Notes: generated from the letters alone by a model not told the origin. 64,000 nucleotides of DNA from Candidatus Poseidoniaceae archaeon (GCA_965662895.1 CBFIJH010000005.1:79458-143457); one strand, 5' to 3'; shown: positions 18,601 through 28,075, counted from the stretch's first letter. Program-made: numbers and translations.

Positions 18601-20347
18601 TGAAGTCAAGTTGTACAATGAGATGCCAACCGCTGCTTTCACGCTCGAACGTAATGGAACAGCGAGTGAGGATGTGATTTTCTTCAATGGAAGCAGTTCA
18701 GCAGACCCAGAAAACAATCCAATTTCGTTTGAATGGTGGTCCAATGTGGATGGAACGCTCATGGTTGGTCAAGGTATTGAGAACATTTCTTGGTACGGAC
18801 ATCTCTCTCGTGGTGTTCATCAAATTGAGTTGCGAATCACCGACGATCGTATGGATCATGGAGGTCAAATGTCGGTTGTCTCTCAATTGATTACCGTCGA
18901 CAATTCTGCACCACGAGCTGTCATTGAAGAATTGGCTCTGTTCGATGACCTTGACTCGTCCGTTTTGATTCCGTTCAGTGCAAATGGTAGTGGCGATTTC
19001 GATTCAGGATGTTTTACATTCCCAAGTGAGGGGACCTGGCACTGTGCAGAGAACGAGCCTGCAGCTGGCTCCGAATTCCTGCAAATCGATTGGTCGAGCG
19101 ACATCGATGGACGATTGACACCAGAAGATGAGGATTGGTTGACCTTTGAAACGCGTCTCTCCGCAGGCACGCACCAGATTACACTCACGCTCAGCGATGG
19201 CATCAATCCCAACGTTTCCGTTTCGACAACACTTGAGGTTGCTGAATCAGCCCCTGTCTTGGTGTTGGATTCTCCGGTAAATGGTAGCCAATTCGCCTCG
19301 AGTGATTTGATTGTTATCGATGCACGAAACAGCGTTGATTACGATGAGGATGACTTTACACTCACCTTGCGAAGTTACGAGGATTCATCTTCGACGTATC
19401 TCCCCATTCTGTCCGGTGTTTCAACATCGGTTGTTCATGAAATTCAACTCGATGCTGGATTAAGAGATTTGCAAATCGAATTACTGGATGCGACTGGAAA
19501 ATCTCGCGTTGAATCGCTCGAACTACTCATTCTCCCCAGCGACCCAGAGGCCGTGATTGTATCGCCTGCTAATCTTGAATCGTTCGATCCAGGAGTAACC
19601 ATCGTCTTCGAAGGTTCCTCCAGTGATGCTGATCAAGATCTCATTGTTCGAGAATGGCGATTGCACCAACCAGGAGTCCAAACAAGCATTCTGAGTACCC
19701 AGTCAACATTCTCCCAGGTCTTTGTTCCCGGTTCGCATCATGTTTCGTTGTACGTTCAAGATGCCCGTGGAGCTTCCTCGGAGCAGCACATCAACTTCAC
19801 AGTGCGATCAAGCCTTCCTGAATTGGTTCAGACCAGTTTGGAACTGTCACAGACCGAGTTCATCTCAGACGAGCAAGTTACACTCGATGTAGCGGTCCAG
19901 CTGATTGATGCGGATGGAACAACCAACGATGTGCGCGCCGATATCGTCCACAACATTCAGACGTGGACATTCAATCTCAGCGATGATGATGGCGATGGAA
20001 TTTGGACTGGCTCGATTGAATTCCAGCCTTCGGGTGCAGGACAACCAAGTTTCAAGGTCATTGCAACCGATGGAGAAGGCGATTCTGCCAGTGTTGATGT
20101 TCTTTACACGCCGCTGAAAGTTGTTGACGCCGAGGGTGAAGGATTTATGTCAACGGGTGTCCTTCTCGGTGCAGTTTCGATTGTTGTTCTCGTGGCCCTG
20201 CTTATCACGCTCCAGCGTCGAAGGCAAGCAGCAGAGGAAATGAAAATCATTGATTCATGGGGCGTCTTTGGTGATGGAGCAGTCGAGGATGATGCATCTG
20301 AACAAGAAGTGAATGAGGACGAAAAGTTGGATTGGGAGAACGTCTGA
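15638..20347 (+). CDS. Giant surface protein: right-handed parallel beta-helix followed by PKD/Ig-like repeats and a C-terminal TM
   Basis: Signal peptide; repeated GI.....S.P...N..I turns (PbH1-like); PKD-like units FDAQESWDLDDDPLTLTWTSSLDG, FNGSSSADPENNPISFEWWSNVDG, LSAGTHQITLTLSDG; TM VLLGAVSIVVLVALLI. Confidence 0.85.
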   Translation: MERQKRFFALGLLLLLLMMSMAPMVQSFHDSQGKPTAVSGRATTTWSGTVTLTSDYFVNVQDELLITSCTSVVLSPGIRIYIDGRLTVQGTPTCPIVLSSSSSTGDHEGIQFNSSSFGRGSTVNHLHIEDAIYGITMYGSNPILNNVTIFNPDRVGIDMFGSSSPVIRDLHVEQAGRSVGFQNDWRYGIGLSVGDGSTPIVQGAYFTDHQLRGLNLWGASGGIYRDIVMDNISGSVLGEVAGVWVEDSVPLFENLTIDKSDTGIIVRHIDDSGYTRGVFRDVDISNSMFRGVYLDKNNHTNYTNYETADFTNLTVRGTGSSGATSPGIALAAIDINATGAWLENVLVDDASSVGIRMFFVDSTTTLRNVTIRDAGEVGQGAHSAGLSIQTSYFAAHVEDLEISGSPGPGVHSSSGGSLQGSDWNLHNNSEHGLFIDSATVVVDGISTMKNGYSGVHVFDSRYVSISNLTSVNDGDLGSDAMEQAGLSYQKSNDLETNSGDVVCRNCHVESSQGHGVYVRDSVDLWLHNLSISDIDPTLPAMYVDNGGLTLGTQGGRINLFNSQIEHESTTQHALYIQQAAGHIDGLSLIGNHSGIYWDANHNGNFPSTLSNTEFVGSECLKLVNHPDLGGYGNTIGSDCEGRIWVENSDVNFSNLVDVSGTHILDLDAASTMHLHQPSNIDLTIANIPSGASIDVAWDVTVWVVNNLSNGIPNAYANVSFTQFEPSVSEFTNDIGVVQLIDFIGQRWTNSGASAMNDVAVECGYDSESNTTTVSLDGDKVMYCVLELDNQPPFLNWTSPMDGDVFPSQGQVLFDAQESWDLDDDPLTLTWTSSLDGVISSTQSTAPFTVNDGVSGITLSDGIHDITLDVCDNAGHCVSETRTIELTNLAPELNVSFEPGLTQWNELIMPQTGTVTINTTGTFDPEGDDFACTISFGGYNRQGTGWGNQYVCPELLTYTFDHYSDDPPASFFLNVVAFDEVGNSDTYTVEVKLYNEMPTAAFTLERNGTASEDVIFFNGSSSADPENNPISFEWWSNVDGTLMVGQGIENISWYGHLSRGVHQIELRITDDRMDHGGQMSVVSQLITVDNSAPRAVIEELALFDDLDSSVLIPFSANGSGDFDSGCFTFPSEGTWHCAENEPAAGSEFLQIDWSSDIDGRLTPEDEDWLTFETRLSAGTHQITLTLSDGINPNVSVSTTLEVAESAPVLVLDSPVNGSQFASSDLIVIDARNSVDYDEDDFTLTLRSYEDSSSTYLPILSGVSTSVVHEIQLDAGLRDLQIELLDATGKSRVESLELLILPSDPEAVIVSPANLESFDPGVTIVFEGSSSDADQDLIVREWRLHQPGVQTSILSTQSTFSQVFVPGSHHVSLYVQDARGASSEQHINFTVRSSLPELVQTSLELSQTEFISDEQVTLDVAVQLIDADGTTNDVRADIVHNIQTWTFNLSDDDGDGIWTGSIEFQPSGAGQPSFKVIATDGEGDSASVDVLYTPLKVVDAEGEGFMSTGVLLGAVSIVVLVALLITLQRRRQAAEEMKIIDSWGVFGDGAVEDDASEQEVNEDEKLDWENV

Positions 20348-20372
20348 GGCCACTTTATTTTGTAGGCCATAG

Positions 20373-20385
20373 TATAATATATAAC
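20373..20385 (+). promoter_or_regulatory. Putative TATA box (TATAATATATAAC) for a likely leaderless transcript
   Basis: AT-rich TATA consensus about 20-25 nt before ATG 20404. Confidence 0.55.
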
Positions 20386-20403
20386 AGAACTCCAGTGCGA
20401 CGC

Positions 20404-22665
20404 ATGAGAAAAGCACTCACGCTCATCCTCGTTGGACTAATGATAGGAACAACCTTGCCAGCAAGCGTTGCAGCCGAAGAGACAGAACCGATTGCATTTG
20501 GTATTGAATACAACTATTCGAATCTTAACACAGATATTGCTTCGATGATTGGTGTCGATCTTCAGGAAGTCTTCCAGGAAGTGATGGCTGCTGGTGATGA
20601 TGTGGGAATCGATTTGCTCATTGGTAGTGTAACATCCGGTTCGACAACCATCGTTTTTGAACAGTATGACGGCCCGATGAAGACGCTTACAGTCGATGGA
20701 ACGCAGACAGACTTTTCCACAAAAGTAACCGAACTTACCGTGCGTCACGGACTCCTTGATGACTTTGCAGTTCACTCGGAGTGGAGCGATTCCTACGGAG
20801 GAATCGACCTGACAATTGGTTATGATTCCGAGCAACTCTTCAATGCAGATGTCGTCTACACAGAGTACTTTGATTCTGAAATGGGTCTTCATGGAATGGA
20901 TATGGAGATGGACGTTGAAGCGGAAATTGAATACGCCTTTGGAATAAACGGAGAACTCTCTGGCGATGGCGAAACCATGCCGTTCGACATCGAACTCAAA
21001 CTTGGTACATCTTTTGAAATCAACAACGGTTTGCTCGAAGTCCGCATGGATGAAGCATCTCCTTTGTACACAGAGATGGTAAACCTGCAACCGGGTCAAA
21101 CATTGACGTGGAATTGTGGAACAGACGAAAGATATGTTGAATCCGAATTCGACGATGTTGATGTTGGGGATTTATGCTCTGAGCGCAACATCCACTACGA
21201 GACAGAGACATCAGTTCTCCTCGAATTGACCGGAATTCCAACGGAAGAATTTGGTCTTCCGGAAGGAGATTTTGATTTTACTGTTTCAGACACTGTTACC
21301 GACATGTATGATGGTGATGTTGAACTTTTCTTCATGGGTGGAGGAATGGAATTGCTTGATGAACCTACACAAATGATTACCATTGACGATGGAAGCATGA
21401 TCGAAGTTCACCAAGCCTATGCTTCACCTACTCCACTTGCGTTCCCTGCAATGTGGGCAATGATGTGGGCAAACTCTGTTGTTGGTAGCGGAGATTATCC
21501 TGGTATTGTCGATGCGTTGTTGGGCAATGAGGACATTGACGACGCATTTGGCGGATGGTTTGATGAGATGCTTGAATCTGCAGAAGAAGATGATGATGAC
21601 TACTTCGTCTGTGCGAACCTCAATGAAATTCCTCGTCAATATGTCGAAGATGGATTCGATGATTGCGGCGACAACTCAGATGAAGAATTCGTGTGCGATG
21701 ATGGAGGTGTTATCCCCGGAGGCTGGGTCAATGATGGATGGGAGGATTGTTCAAATGGTGAGGATGAAACCAATGTTCAACAAGAATTTGTATATGTTAA
21801 TGTTTTCATGAACGGAGCAAGCGAATCAGAAATGAACTTCGATTACGAAGTGCAGGGCATGGAATATGATGAGAATTACGAGATTTCTTGGACAGTCACG
21901 GATGATGAAGGAACCACATCCGATGCAGGTTCCGCTGCTATTACAGACGGTTCCTACAGTGCATACGAAAGTGCTAATGCAGAAATCAATGGGTTTGGTG
22001 AATACTGCGTTGATATTGTCGTTACTCAAATGAGCGATGATGAAATTGTTGGAACACAGCAGGAATGTGAATCGGTCTCGCAGGATATCGAGCCGAGCGA
22101 TCGTTTGATGACCATTGCTGAGGCACTCGCAGAATCGACCCTAGACAACACACTCGAGTCATTCGGTCAGAATCTTGAGAACCGTTTGTCGAACTTTGAG
22201 GACGATTTCGATGTCGCTTACGAAGATGGTATGGCTTATGCGCTGTATGATGCTAACGACGATCGCTTTGTTGGTTTCCAGCTGGTCGCATCACCTGGTG
22301 GGACACAGTGGTACACGCTCATTGGACCTGAGAGTTCTGCGTACGGTACGCCACAACGCGGCCTGAGCATCACATACTTCACTGGAGTCGATGCAACACA
22401 AGAAGCGGCCGAGATTGAGGACCAAACGGATTTGTCAGACCTTGTTGATGTGACACAGCACAACACCGATGAGGTTGAGGCAGTCAACACGGGTGTCGAC
22501 CCTGCTACACTCCCTGACAACACAAACGATGACGTTGATAATACGAGTGAAGCAACAGAAGATGATGTATCGGATCTCCTTCCGTTCCTCTCGCCGATTA
22601 CAACTCTTGCAATGATTGCGCTTGCAGGAATGTTTGTATCAATCCGTTACAAGGATGAAGAATGA
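20404..22665 (+). CDS. Acidic surface protein with two LDL-receptor class A-like repeats and a C-terminal sorting/TM segment
   Basis: Signal peptide MRKALTLILVG..; FVCANLNEIPRQYVEDGFDDCGDNSDE and FVCDDGGVIPGGWVNDGWEDCSNGEDE; C-terminus LLPFLSP + TM + RYK. Confidence 0.8.
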   Translation: MRKALTLILVGLMIGTTLPASVAAEETEPIAFGIEYNYSNLNTDIASMIGVDLQEVFQEVMAAGDDVGIDLLIGSVTSGSTTIVFEQYDGPMKTLTVDGTQTDFSTKVTELTVRHGLLDDFAVHSEWSDSYGGIDLTIGYDSEQLFNADVVYTEYFDSEMGLHGMDMEMDVEAEIEYAFGINGELSGDGETMPFDIELKLGTSFEINNGLLEVRMDEASPLYTEMVNLQPGQTLTWNCGTDERYVESEFDDVDVGDLCSERNIHYETETSVLLELTGIPTEEFGLPEGDFDFTVSDTVTDMYDGDVELFFMGGGMELLDEPTQMITIDDGSMIEVHQAYASPTPLAFPAMWAMMWANSVVGSGDYPGIVDALLGNEDIDDAFGGWFDEMLESAEEDDDDYFVCANLNEIPRQYVEDGFDDCGDNSDEEFVCDDGGVIPGGWVNDGWEDCSNGEDETNVQQEFVYVNVFMNGASESEMNFDYEVQGMEYDENYEISWTVTDDEGTTSDAGSAAITDGSYSAYESANAEINGFGEYCVDIVVTQMSDDEIVGTQQECESVSQDIEPSDRLMTIAEALAESTLDNTLESFGQNLENRLSNFEDDFDVAYEDGMAYALYDANDDRFVGFQLVASPGGTQWYTLIGPESSAYGTPQRGLSITYFTGVDATQEAAEIEDQTDLSDLVDVTQHNTDEVEAVNTGVDPATLPDNTNDDVDNTSEATEDDVSDLLPFLSPITTLAMIALAGMFVSIRYKDEE

Positions 22666-23600
22666 GCGAAGGCGAAGGGTTTCAACCCGTTGCTAGATGG
22701 CGAATTGTCGCCAGTCTTCTTCTGATCGCTCAACTTGTGGTTTTACTCGCTTTCAAATCGGCCCTCGAGGAAGAATCCTGGTTTGTTGGAAGCGTCCAAG
22801 CAACGGTCGAAGAAGGGCCACTGCAACTTGAGGGCGTATCCGTCAACTTGTCCATCGATATGCAGAATGAGCAAGACGACCTTAGCATCGAGTTTTTTGG
22901 TCCACTTCGATTGAGTCATTGGCAAAATGAACGCGATGACCGTGCAGCACTATCCGAACAAGAAGCTGAAGCGTATGATGAAAATCTGAACGAAACGTTT
23001 GACGCTCCATCACCAGATTCAATCAAATCAACAACGTTCGCACTCATCCATGTTGGAATCGGATTTTCGGTTTTTTTGATGATGGTTCTTTGCTTCGATT
23101 TAAGGAAACAAGCAAGTCAGTCATGGATTACATATTCTCGTCGCTTCGTTTCGTTTGTATCCTTTGTGAATACATTGGCGATTCTGCTGCTCATTCTTCT
23201 GGTTCTACCTGGCGGTTGGTTAGCATCGGTTGCAGGGAATCCTCAACAATTTAGCAACAGTGATGAAAATGATGCATTTCTTGCCCATGCTGATTTCTCG
23301 CAAGAATTCAGCATTGGGCTGGATGGTTTTTCCTTGGAATTTGAAGCGAGTGGATACGATATCGGTATGGTTCGTCCTGCAAATCGAAGTGCAGTTGAAG
23401 CCCAACCCCCACTTCCTGATACGCCTGATGCAGAATCCTTCATCTTGATTTCAGGTGAAATGCGTGCTGATACGCCTTCTTATGTTACTGAAATGATGTA
23501 TTACTGTTTCATTTTATGGGTAGTTTTACCGCTTGCTCTCCTCATTCAACAACGAACAGCAATCGATGCACGACTTGCACCGATCAATTTGAATGGTTGA
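22662..23600 (+). CDS. Hypothetical membrane protein (~4 TM), coupled to the upstream gene
   Basis: ATGA overlap with the previous stop; four hydrophobic segments with two large loops. Confidence 0.7.
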   Translation: MSEGEGFQPVARWRIVASLLLIAQLVVLLAFKSALEEESWFVGSVQATVEEGPLQLEGVSVNLSIDMQNEQDDLSIEFFGPLRLSHWQNERDDRAALSEQEAEAYDENLNETFDAPSPDSIKSTTFALIHVGIGFSVFLMMVLCFDLRKQASQSWITYSRRFVSFVSFVNTLAILLLILLVLPGGWLASVAGNPQQFSNSDENDAFLAHADFSQEFSIGLDGFSLEFEASGYDIGMVRPANRSAVEAQPPLPDTPDAESFILISGEMRADTPSYVTEMMYYCFILWVVLPLALLIQQRTAIDARLAPINLNG

Positions 23601-24371
23601 TCACTGTTCTGGTAACGTACCGTTCAAACTGTCAGGATTGTCCTCAAGTGGACCCCATTCTGTCTTGGTTCGATGGAGGCCAAATCGCTTTGCATAGAGG
23701 AATCTAAGGTTCTTCCAGCCATCACCCCACGTGTGGATTTCAGCATCTCCAACGCGTTCTCGGTATGGGACGGAAATTTCGATGGCTTTCTTACGACCAA
23801 GATGCTTGCGTGCAAGGATCTTGATCTCTTCTGAAAGTGGCATTCCATCGTTGGTTGGGCGCATCTTTGGATTCTCAAAAATCGACTTGCGGAACACCCA
23901 CATCCCCGATTGCGAATCCTTAATTCCATAACCGAAGAGGAGTCGAGCATTGAATGAGAGAGCCCAATTTCCAAATCCGTGGAGACCAGACATGGATCCG
24001 TCTTCTGCCATGCTCAGGCGATCACACGTGATGAAATCGAGGTCATCATCCAAAAGTCGCTTGACCAATTCAGGAATCAATTCTGCAGGATAGGTACAGT
24101 CTGCATCCATTGTGACAATGATGTCGTTCGATGCAACAACGAAACCCGTACGGTATGCCCGGCCGTAACCCTTCCGTGGTTCAAGGTGAACGCGAACATC
24201 TTTTTCAAGGGCGATTTCTCGAGTACGATCGGTCGATGAACCATCGACAATCATGATTTCGAGGGATTCGCACCATCCGCGCGGAATTGCATCAACGGTC
24301 GCACCAAGTGCTTCCTCTTCATTTCGAGTGGGAAGAAGAACCGTCACAGATACTGGTAGTACCTCGTCCAT
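23601..24371 (-). CDS. Glycosyltransferase family 2 (DPM1-like)
   Basis: VLLPTRNEE, VDGSSTDRT, KGYGRA, TMDADCTY (DxD), DSQSGM, ISVPYRERVG. Confidence 0.9.
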   Translation of the reverse strand: MDEVLPVSVTVLLPTRNEEEALGATVDAIPRGWCESLEIMIVDGSSTDRTREIALEKDVRVHLEPRKGYGRAYRTGFVVASNDIIVTMDADCTYPAELIPELVKRLLDDDLDFITCDRLSMAEDGSMSGLHGFGNWALSFNARLLFGYGIKDSQSGMWVFRKSIFENPKMRPTNDGMPLSEEIKILARKHLGRKKAIEISVPYRERVGDAEIHTWGDGWKNLRFLYAKRFGLHRTKTEWGPLEDNPDSLNGTLPEQ

Positions 24372-24424
24372 GTTGTGACGATAGGCAATGAGCGTTTCAA
24401 TGCATTGCCTCAACGGTCAAACGA

Positions 24425-25417
24425 TTACGACCATCGAGCACGTAGGCGACGGAGTGAAAGTTTCACAGCAAGACGAATCTTTCTCCATTTTGACAAGGAA
24501 GGACGCTTGCTAAACACGTCGCCTGAGCGGCGCACGATCTCGTGGAAAATAGCATCATAGGCTTCACACATCAGTTGTGGTTGCAATTGGGATTTTGAAT
24601 CAAGATATTCAAACAAATGCTGTGCTGATTCTTGGTGTCGTCGAACGATTTCGATGTATTCTTGAACAAAAGACTTCCACCGATGGTTGGTTCCAAATTC
24701 AGTATTCCCGAGCTCTGAAATATCGATATTGTATTCGCCTAATGCATTGATTGGAAGGTAAATTCGACCGCTTCGATAATCTTCAGAAACGTCACGAAGG
24801 ATGTTGATGAGTTGCAATTGGATGCCCATATCGATGGCGTGAATTCTCCCTCCGGCATCCTCACATCCATAAATTTCGATGAGAACCAAACCTACTGCAG
24901 AAGCCACCTTGTAACAGTATGCACGGACCTCGTCCCAAGTTTTGTGACGAACTTCGAACAGATCGTCTTCCATTCCTTCGATAATGGTTTCAAAATCAGA
25001 AAGTCGAACAGGGAAATGCTTGAACACTTCGTTGATGGCGATGAAAATGGCTTCATCTTGCGTTGCTGATTCATCACCTGCGAACAATCGTGTGAGTCGC
25101 TCCTTGGCATCAACAAGGGCCATCAATCGGTATCGGTGCTCCTCAGGAGGGTTGTTCATTGCCGTTTGGTGGATGCTCTGGAGAAGTCCGTCTCGCTCAT
25201 CCACGAGTTTGTTGAGGGCTTCGGATTCTCGAACAACTGGTCGAGAGTCTCCATCAGCAATATCATCGAGGTAACGGCACAGTGCGTAGACCGCATGAAC
25301 TGCACGACGTTTCTTGAAGGGCAGTGCTGAGAAACTAGCAAAAAATGTGGATGACGCACGACGACAAATTTCTTCACATTCAAGAAAAGCCTCTTCAATG
25401 GAAGTTGTTTTGTTCAT
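24425..25417 (-). CDS. crtB: Phytoene/squalene synthase family protein (phytoene synthase)
   Basis: SSTFF, AVYALCRYLDDIAD, YCYKVASAVG, MGIQLQLINILRDVSED..GRIYLP; SD GAGGTGA; in an operon with crtI. Confidence 0.9.
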   Translation of the reverse strand: MNKTTSIEEAFLECEEICRRASSTFFASFSALPFKKRRAVHAVYALCRYLDDIADGDSRPVVRESEALNKLVDERDGLLQSIHQTAMNNPPEEHRYRLMALVDAKERLTRLFAGDESATQDEAIFIAINEVFKHFPVRLSDFETIIEGMEDDLFEVRHKTWDEVRAYCYKVASAVGLVLIEIYGCEDAGGRIHAIDMGIQLQLINILRDVSEDYRSGRIYLPINALGEYNIDISELGNTEFGTNHRWKSFVQEYIEIVRRHQESAQHLFEYLDSKSQLQPQLMCEAYDAIFHEIVRRSGDVFSKRPSLSKWRKIRLAVKLSLRRLRARWS

Positions 25418-25439
25418 TTTTTCACCTCAATTCTATTGT

Positions 25440-25895
25440 TTATGAATGCGTGTTGTTTTCCTTGTTCATCTGCATTGTAATGAAATGGATGGCGAGTCCT
25501 ACTGGCATGAGCATAACGCCGAACAAAATTGCCACTTGCGCAGCAGTTTTGTTGATTTCTGTTTCAACACTTCGCTTCCAAATCCATCGCGTGACGATGA
25601 TGTCACCAATCACAAAGTGCGTCCATGCAAGAACAGCACCATCGTCTGTGCCAAGGACTTCAGCAAGGCCCGAAACGAAACCGCTCAGGGTACCGTCCCC
25701 GATCATATCGCTGAGAGCACCGAGATTCATTGCAAGAACGATCAGATAAGCAATCAACGGTCCAAGGACAAACCATGGTCCATCCATCCATTTTTTCGTT
25801 CGTTCAGCATATGGTTGAAGGAGCATAAGCATCCAGAACGGACCAACCCACATCGATGCTGCGAAGAAGGCGACCAGAAGCATTGTTTCAACCAT
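25440..25895 (-). CDS. ABA4-like (DUF4281) membrane protein
   Basis: PFWMLMLLQP...T, YL, LAWTHFVIGDIIVTRWI, LMPVGL match the ABA4/DUF4281 pattern (W.H....D....RW; M.gP.G). Confidence 0.8.
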   Translation of the reverse strand: MVETMLLVAFFAASMWVGPFWMLMLLQPYAERTKKWMDGPWFVLGPLIAYLIVLAMNLGALSDMIGDGTLSGFVSGLAEVLGTDDGAVLAWTHFVIGDIIVTRWIWKRSVETEINKTAAQVAILFGVMLMPVGLAIHFITMQMNKENNTHS

Positions 25896-26458
25896 TAAAT
25901 CACCTTCTCATATGCTTGTTCGATTTCGTCAATCGAGTTCTCGGTCGGATAATAGGTGTCACTTTCCCACTGGATGACGCCGTTTTGGTCGATGAGGAAC
26001 AACGCAGGTGTTCCAGGAAGACCATAGTATTCAAAAATGGATTGACTCAAATCGGCTTGATCTTCGATTCGTTGGATTGAATCATCGTCTGTTGGCAAAA
26101 CAATCGGCCATGGAGTGTAGTGGTCGCTTTCCGTGAAACCAAATTCTTCAGCGACGTCCTCTTTGGTTTCAAATCGGAGGTACCGTTCAACAGAAACGAT
26201 TTGCAAAGGTGGCTCCTGATTCATCCAATCGTTGTGATGTTCTCGCAAATCATCGGTCCAATCTTTGCAGCCAGTACATCCTACTCCGATGAAGAGCACG
26301 AGGACGGGCCCCTCGCTCAAGTTTTCTTTCATCGAATACATTGGTCCACCGTCTTCCTCCCGGTCGAGGGTTTCGACAGTAAAGACACGTCCGTCCTCAG
26401 GGGTCGGTTCAATGCAGCCTGCCAGGAGCAAAATGAGCACAAGGGCAACGAAACGCAC
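25895..26458 (-). CDS. Thioredoxin-fold (TlpA/redoxin-like) lipoprotein
   Basis: Lipobox LLAGC; CTGC (CxxC); YGLPGTPALFLIDQNGVI (cis-Pro loop). Confidence 0.8.
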   Translation of the reverse strand: MRFVALVLILLLAGCIEPTPEDGRVFTVETLDREEDGGPMYSMKENLSEGPVLVLFIGVGCTGCKDWTDDLREHHNDWMNQEPPLQIVSVERYLRFETKEDVAEEFGFTESDHYTPWPIVLPTDDDSIQRIEDQADLSQSIFEYYGLPGTPALFLIDQNGVIQWESDTYYPTENSIDEIEQAYEKVI

Positions 26459-26467
26459 GTTGCTCCC

Positions 26468-28075
26468 TCAAGCGTTGGTCGGCGTTCCTGCTTCTTTCGC
26501 AGTTGTCACCTTTCGTTGAGCTTTCCGTCCACGAGGCGAGCGGCGAATGCCTTCGAACCAAGTATCGACGCCGTTCCAATCCGGGTCAATTCCGAGGTCA
26601 TCCAACACGAGTTTGCTGCTGATTCGAGCGCTCTCAAAGATGGTCGGTAGTCCACTGCCGGGATGTGTACCTCCACCGACAATGTAGAGGTTGTTTGCTT
26701 CTTCAAACCGGTTGTGCGGGCGTCGCCAGAGCATTTGTTTGAGGTCGTGTGTGAGGTTAAACACTGCACCGCGATAGATGTCAGATGCACCCCAGTCATC
26801 GGGTGTGATTACGGTCTCTGAAACGATGTGATCGCCAATATCATCGTACCCAAGTTTTGCCAGTTGTTTGACAACAATTTCTCTGAAATCTGCTTTGATG
26901 TCATCCCAAACGATGCTCTCGTGCTGGTTTGGTACAGGTACGAGAACGTAAATCGTCGAGTGTCCCTCAGGAGCGAGCGAGTCATCGGTTATTGACGCAT
27001 TTTGAACGTAGACGGATGGGTCGTCCCATGTCAAACGATGATTGGTGATATCTTTGAGATTCTTTTCGTACTCTGAGGATGCATAGATTTGATGATGTGG
27101 TAAATCGTATTGCTTGTCAACACCCAAGTAGAGCATAAAGGTTGAACAAGAATATCCTTTCTTTTCCAGTTTCTTATCGGACCATTTCTTGCGCTTCTCA
27201 TTGGGGACGAGTGTTGTCATTGCATGAGCAAAATCTGCGTTGACAACCACTCTGTCGGCCATTATTTCAGCGCCGTCAATCCGGACGCCTTTGACGGTTT
27301 TACCTTCATAGATGAGGGACTCAACCGGAGTGCTGAGTCGAATATTGACGCCCATTTCTTCCGCAATTTCAGCCATTCGAGCAGTGATGCTTCCTAGGCC
27401 TCCTTTGGCGTGGAAAATGCCGTGCTCGTACTCAAGGAAGGCGAGAATCGTAAACAGCGAAGGGGCATGGAACGGGCTCATTCCCAGGTACTTGGTTTGG
27501 AACGACATTGCGAGTCGAATGCGTTCATCATCGAAATGCTTACTGAGATCTCCAGCAACGCTGGCCCAAGGCTTGAGGACAGAAGCCACCCGCATGGCTC
27601 GTCTCGAAAGAATGTCCAACGGACTTCGCCATGGAGTTTGCAAACACTTCTTGCTGAGGTCAAGCTTTCTTCGGTTTTGTTTGACGTACTTTTTGAATCC
27701 TTCAGCGTTTTTGTCACCGGCAAGCTCTCGAATACGTTCTGTCATTTCTTCGAGGTTGCTTGTCGCATCGATGTGGCCTCCAGCGCCAAAGACAAGCCTG
27801 TACATCGGGTCCAATGGCATCAAACCGAGTTCCTTGTGTGCGTCTCGACCAATTGCTTGGAAGATCTCTTCGATAACTTCTGGATAGTGGAAGAAGGTTG
27901 GTCCACGGTCGAACGTGTATCCGTCCTTTGTGTACAATCTGGTGCGTCCACCGACGGCATCGGCTTTCTCGAGTACGGTCACGTTGACACCTGAATGGGC
28001 GAGGAGAAGTGCAGAAGCAAGACCGCCCGGTCCTGACCCTACGATGATTGCGGTTGGTTTATTCTGAGTACTCAT
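26468..28075 (-). CDS. crtI: Phytoene desaturase (CrtI/CrtN family)
   Basis: FAD motif IVGSGPGGLASA..LEK..VGGR, FDRGPT, FQTKYLGMSP, SCSTFMLYLG, NLYIVGGGTHPGSGLPTIFESARI. Confidence 0.93.
   Translation of the reverse strand: MSTQNKPTAIIVGSGPGGLASALLLAHSGVNVTVLEKADAVGGRTRLYTKDGYTFDRGPTFFHYPEVIEEIFQAIGRDAHKELGLMPLDPMYRLVFGAGGHIDATSNLEEMTERIRELAGDKNAEGFKKYVKQNRRKLDLSKKCLQTPWRSPLDILSRRAMRVASVLKPWASVAGDLSKHFDDERIRLAMSFQTKYLGMSPFHAPSLFTILAFLEYEHGIFHAKGGLGSITARMAEIAEEMGVNIRLSTPVESLIYEGKTVKGVRIDGAEIMADRVVVNADFAHAMTTLVPNEKRKKWSDKKLEKKGYSCSTFMLYLGVDKQYDLPHHQIYASSEYEKNLKDITNHRLTWDDPSVYVQNASITDDSLAPEGHSTIYVLVPVPNQHESIVWDDIKADFREIVVKQLAKLGYDDIGDHIVSETVITPDDWGASDIYRGAVFNLTHDLKQMLWRRPHNRFEEANNLYIVGGGTHPGSGLPTIFESARISSKLVLDDLGIDPDWNGVDTWFEGIRRSPRGRKAQRKVTTAKEAGTPTNA

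Noticed and set aside
22662-23600. Membrane protein next to the crt operon as a rhodopsin or Blh dioxygenase
   Set aside because: It has only about 4 TMs, no DxxxK retinal-binding helix and no Blh His motifs, and it is coupled to the LDLa gene on the opposite strand.
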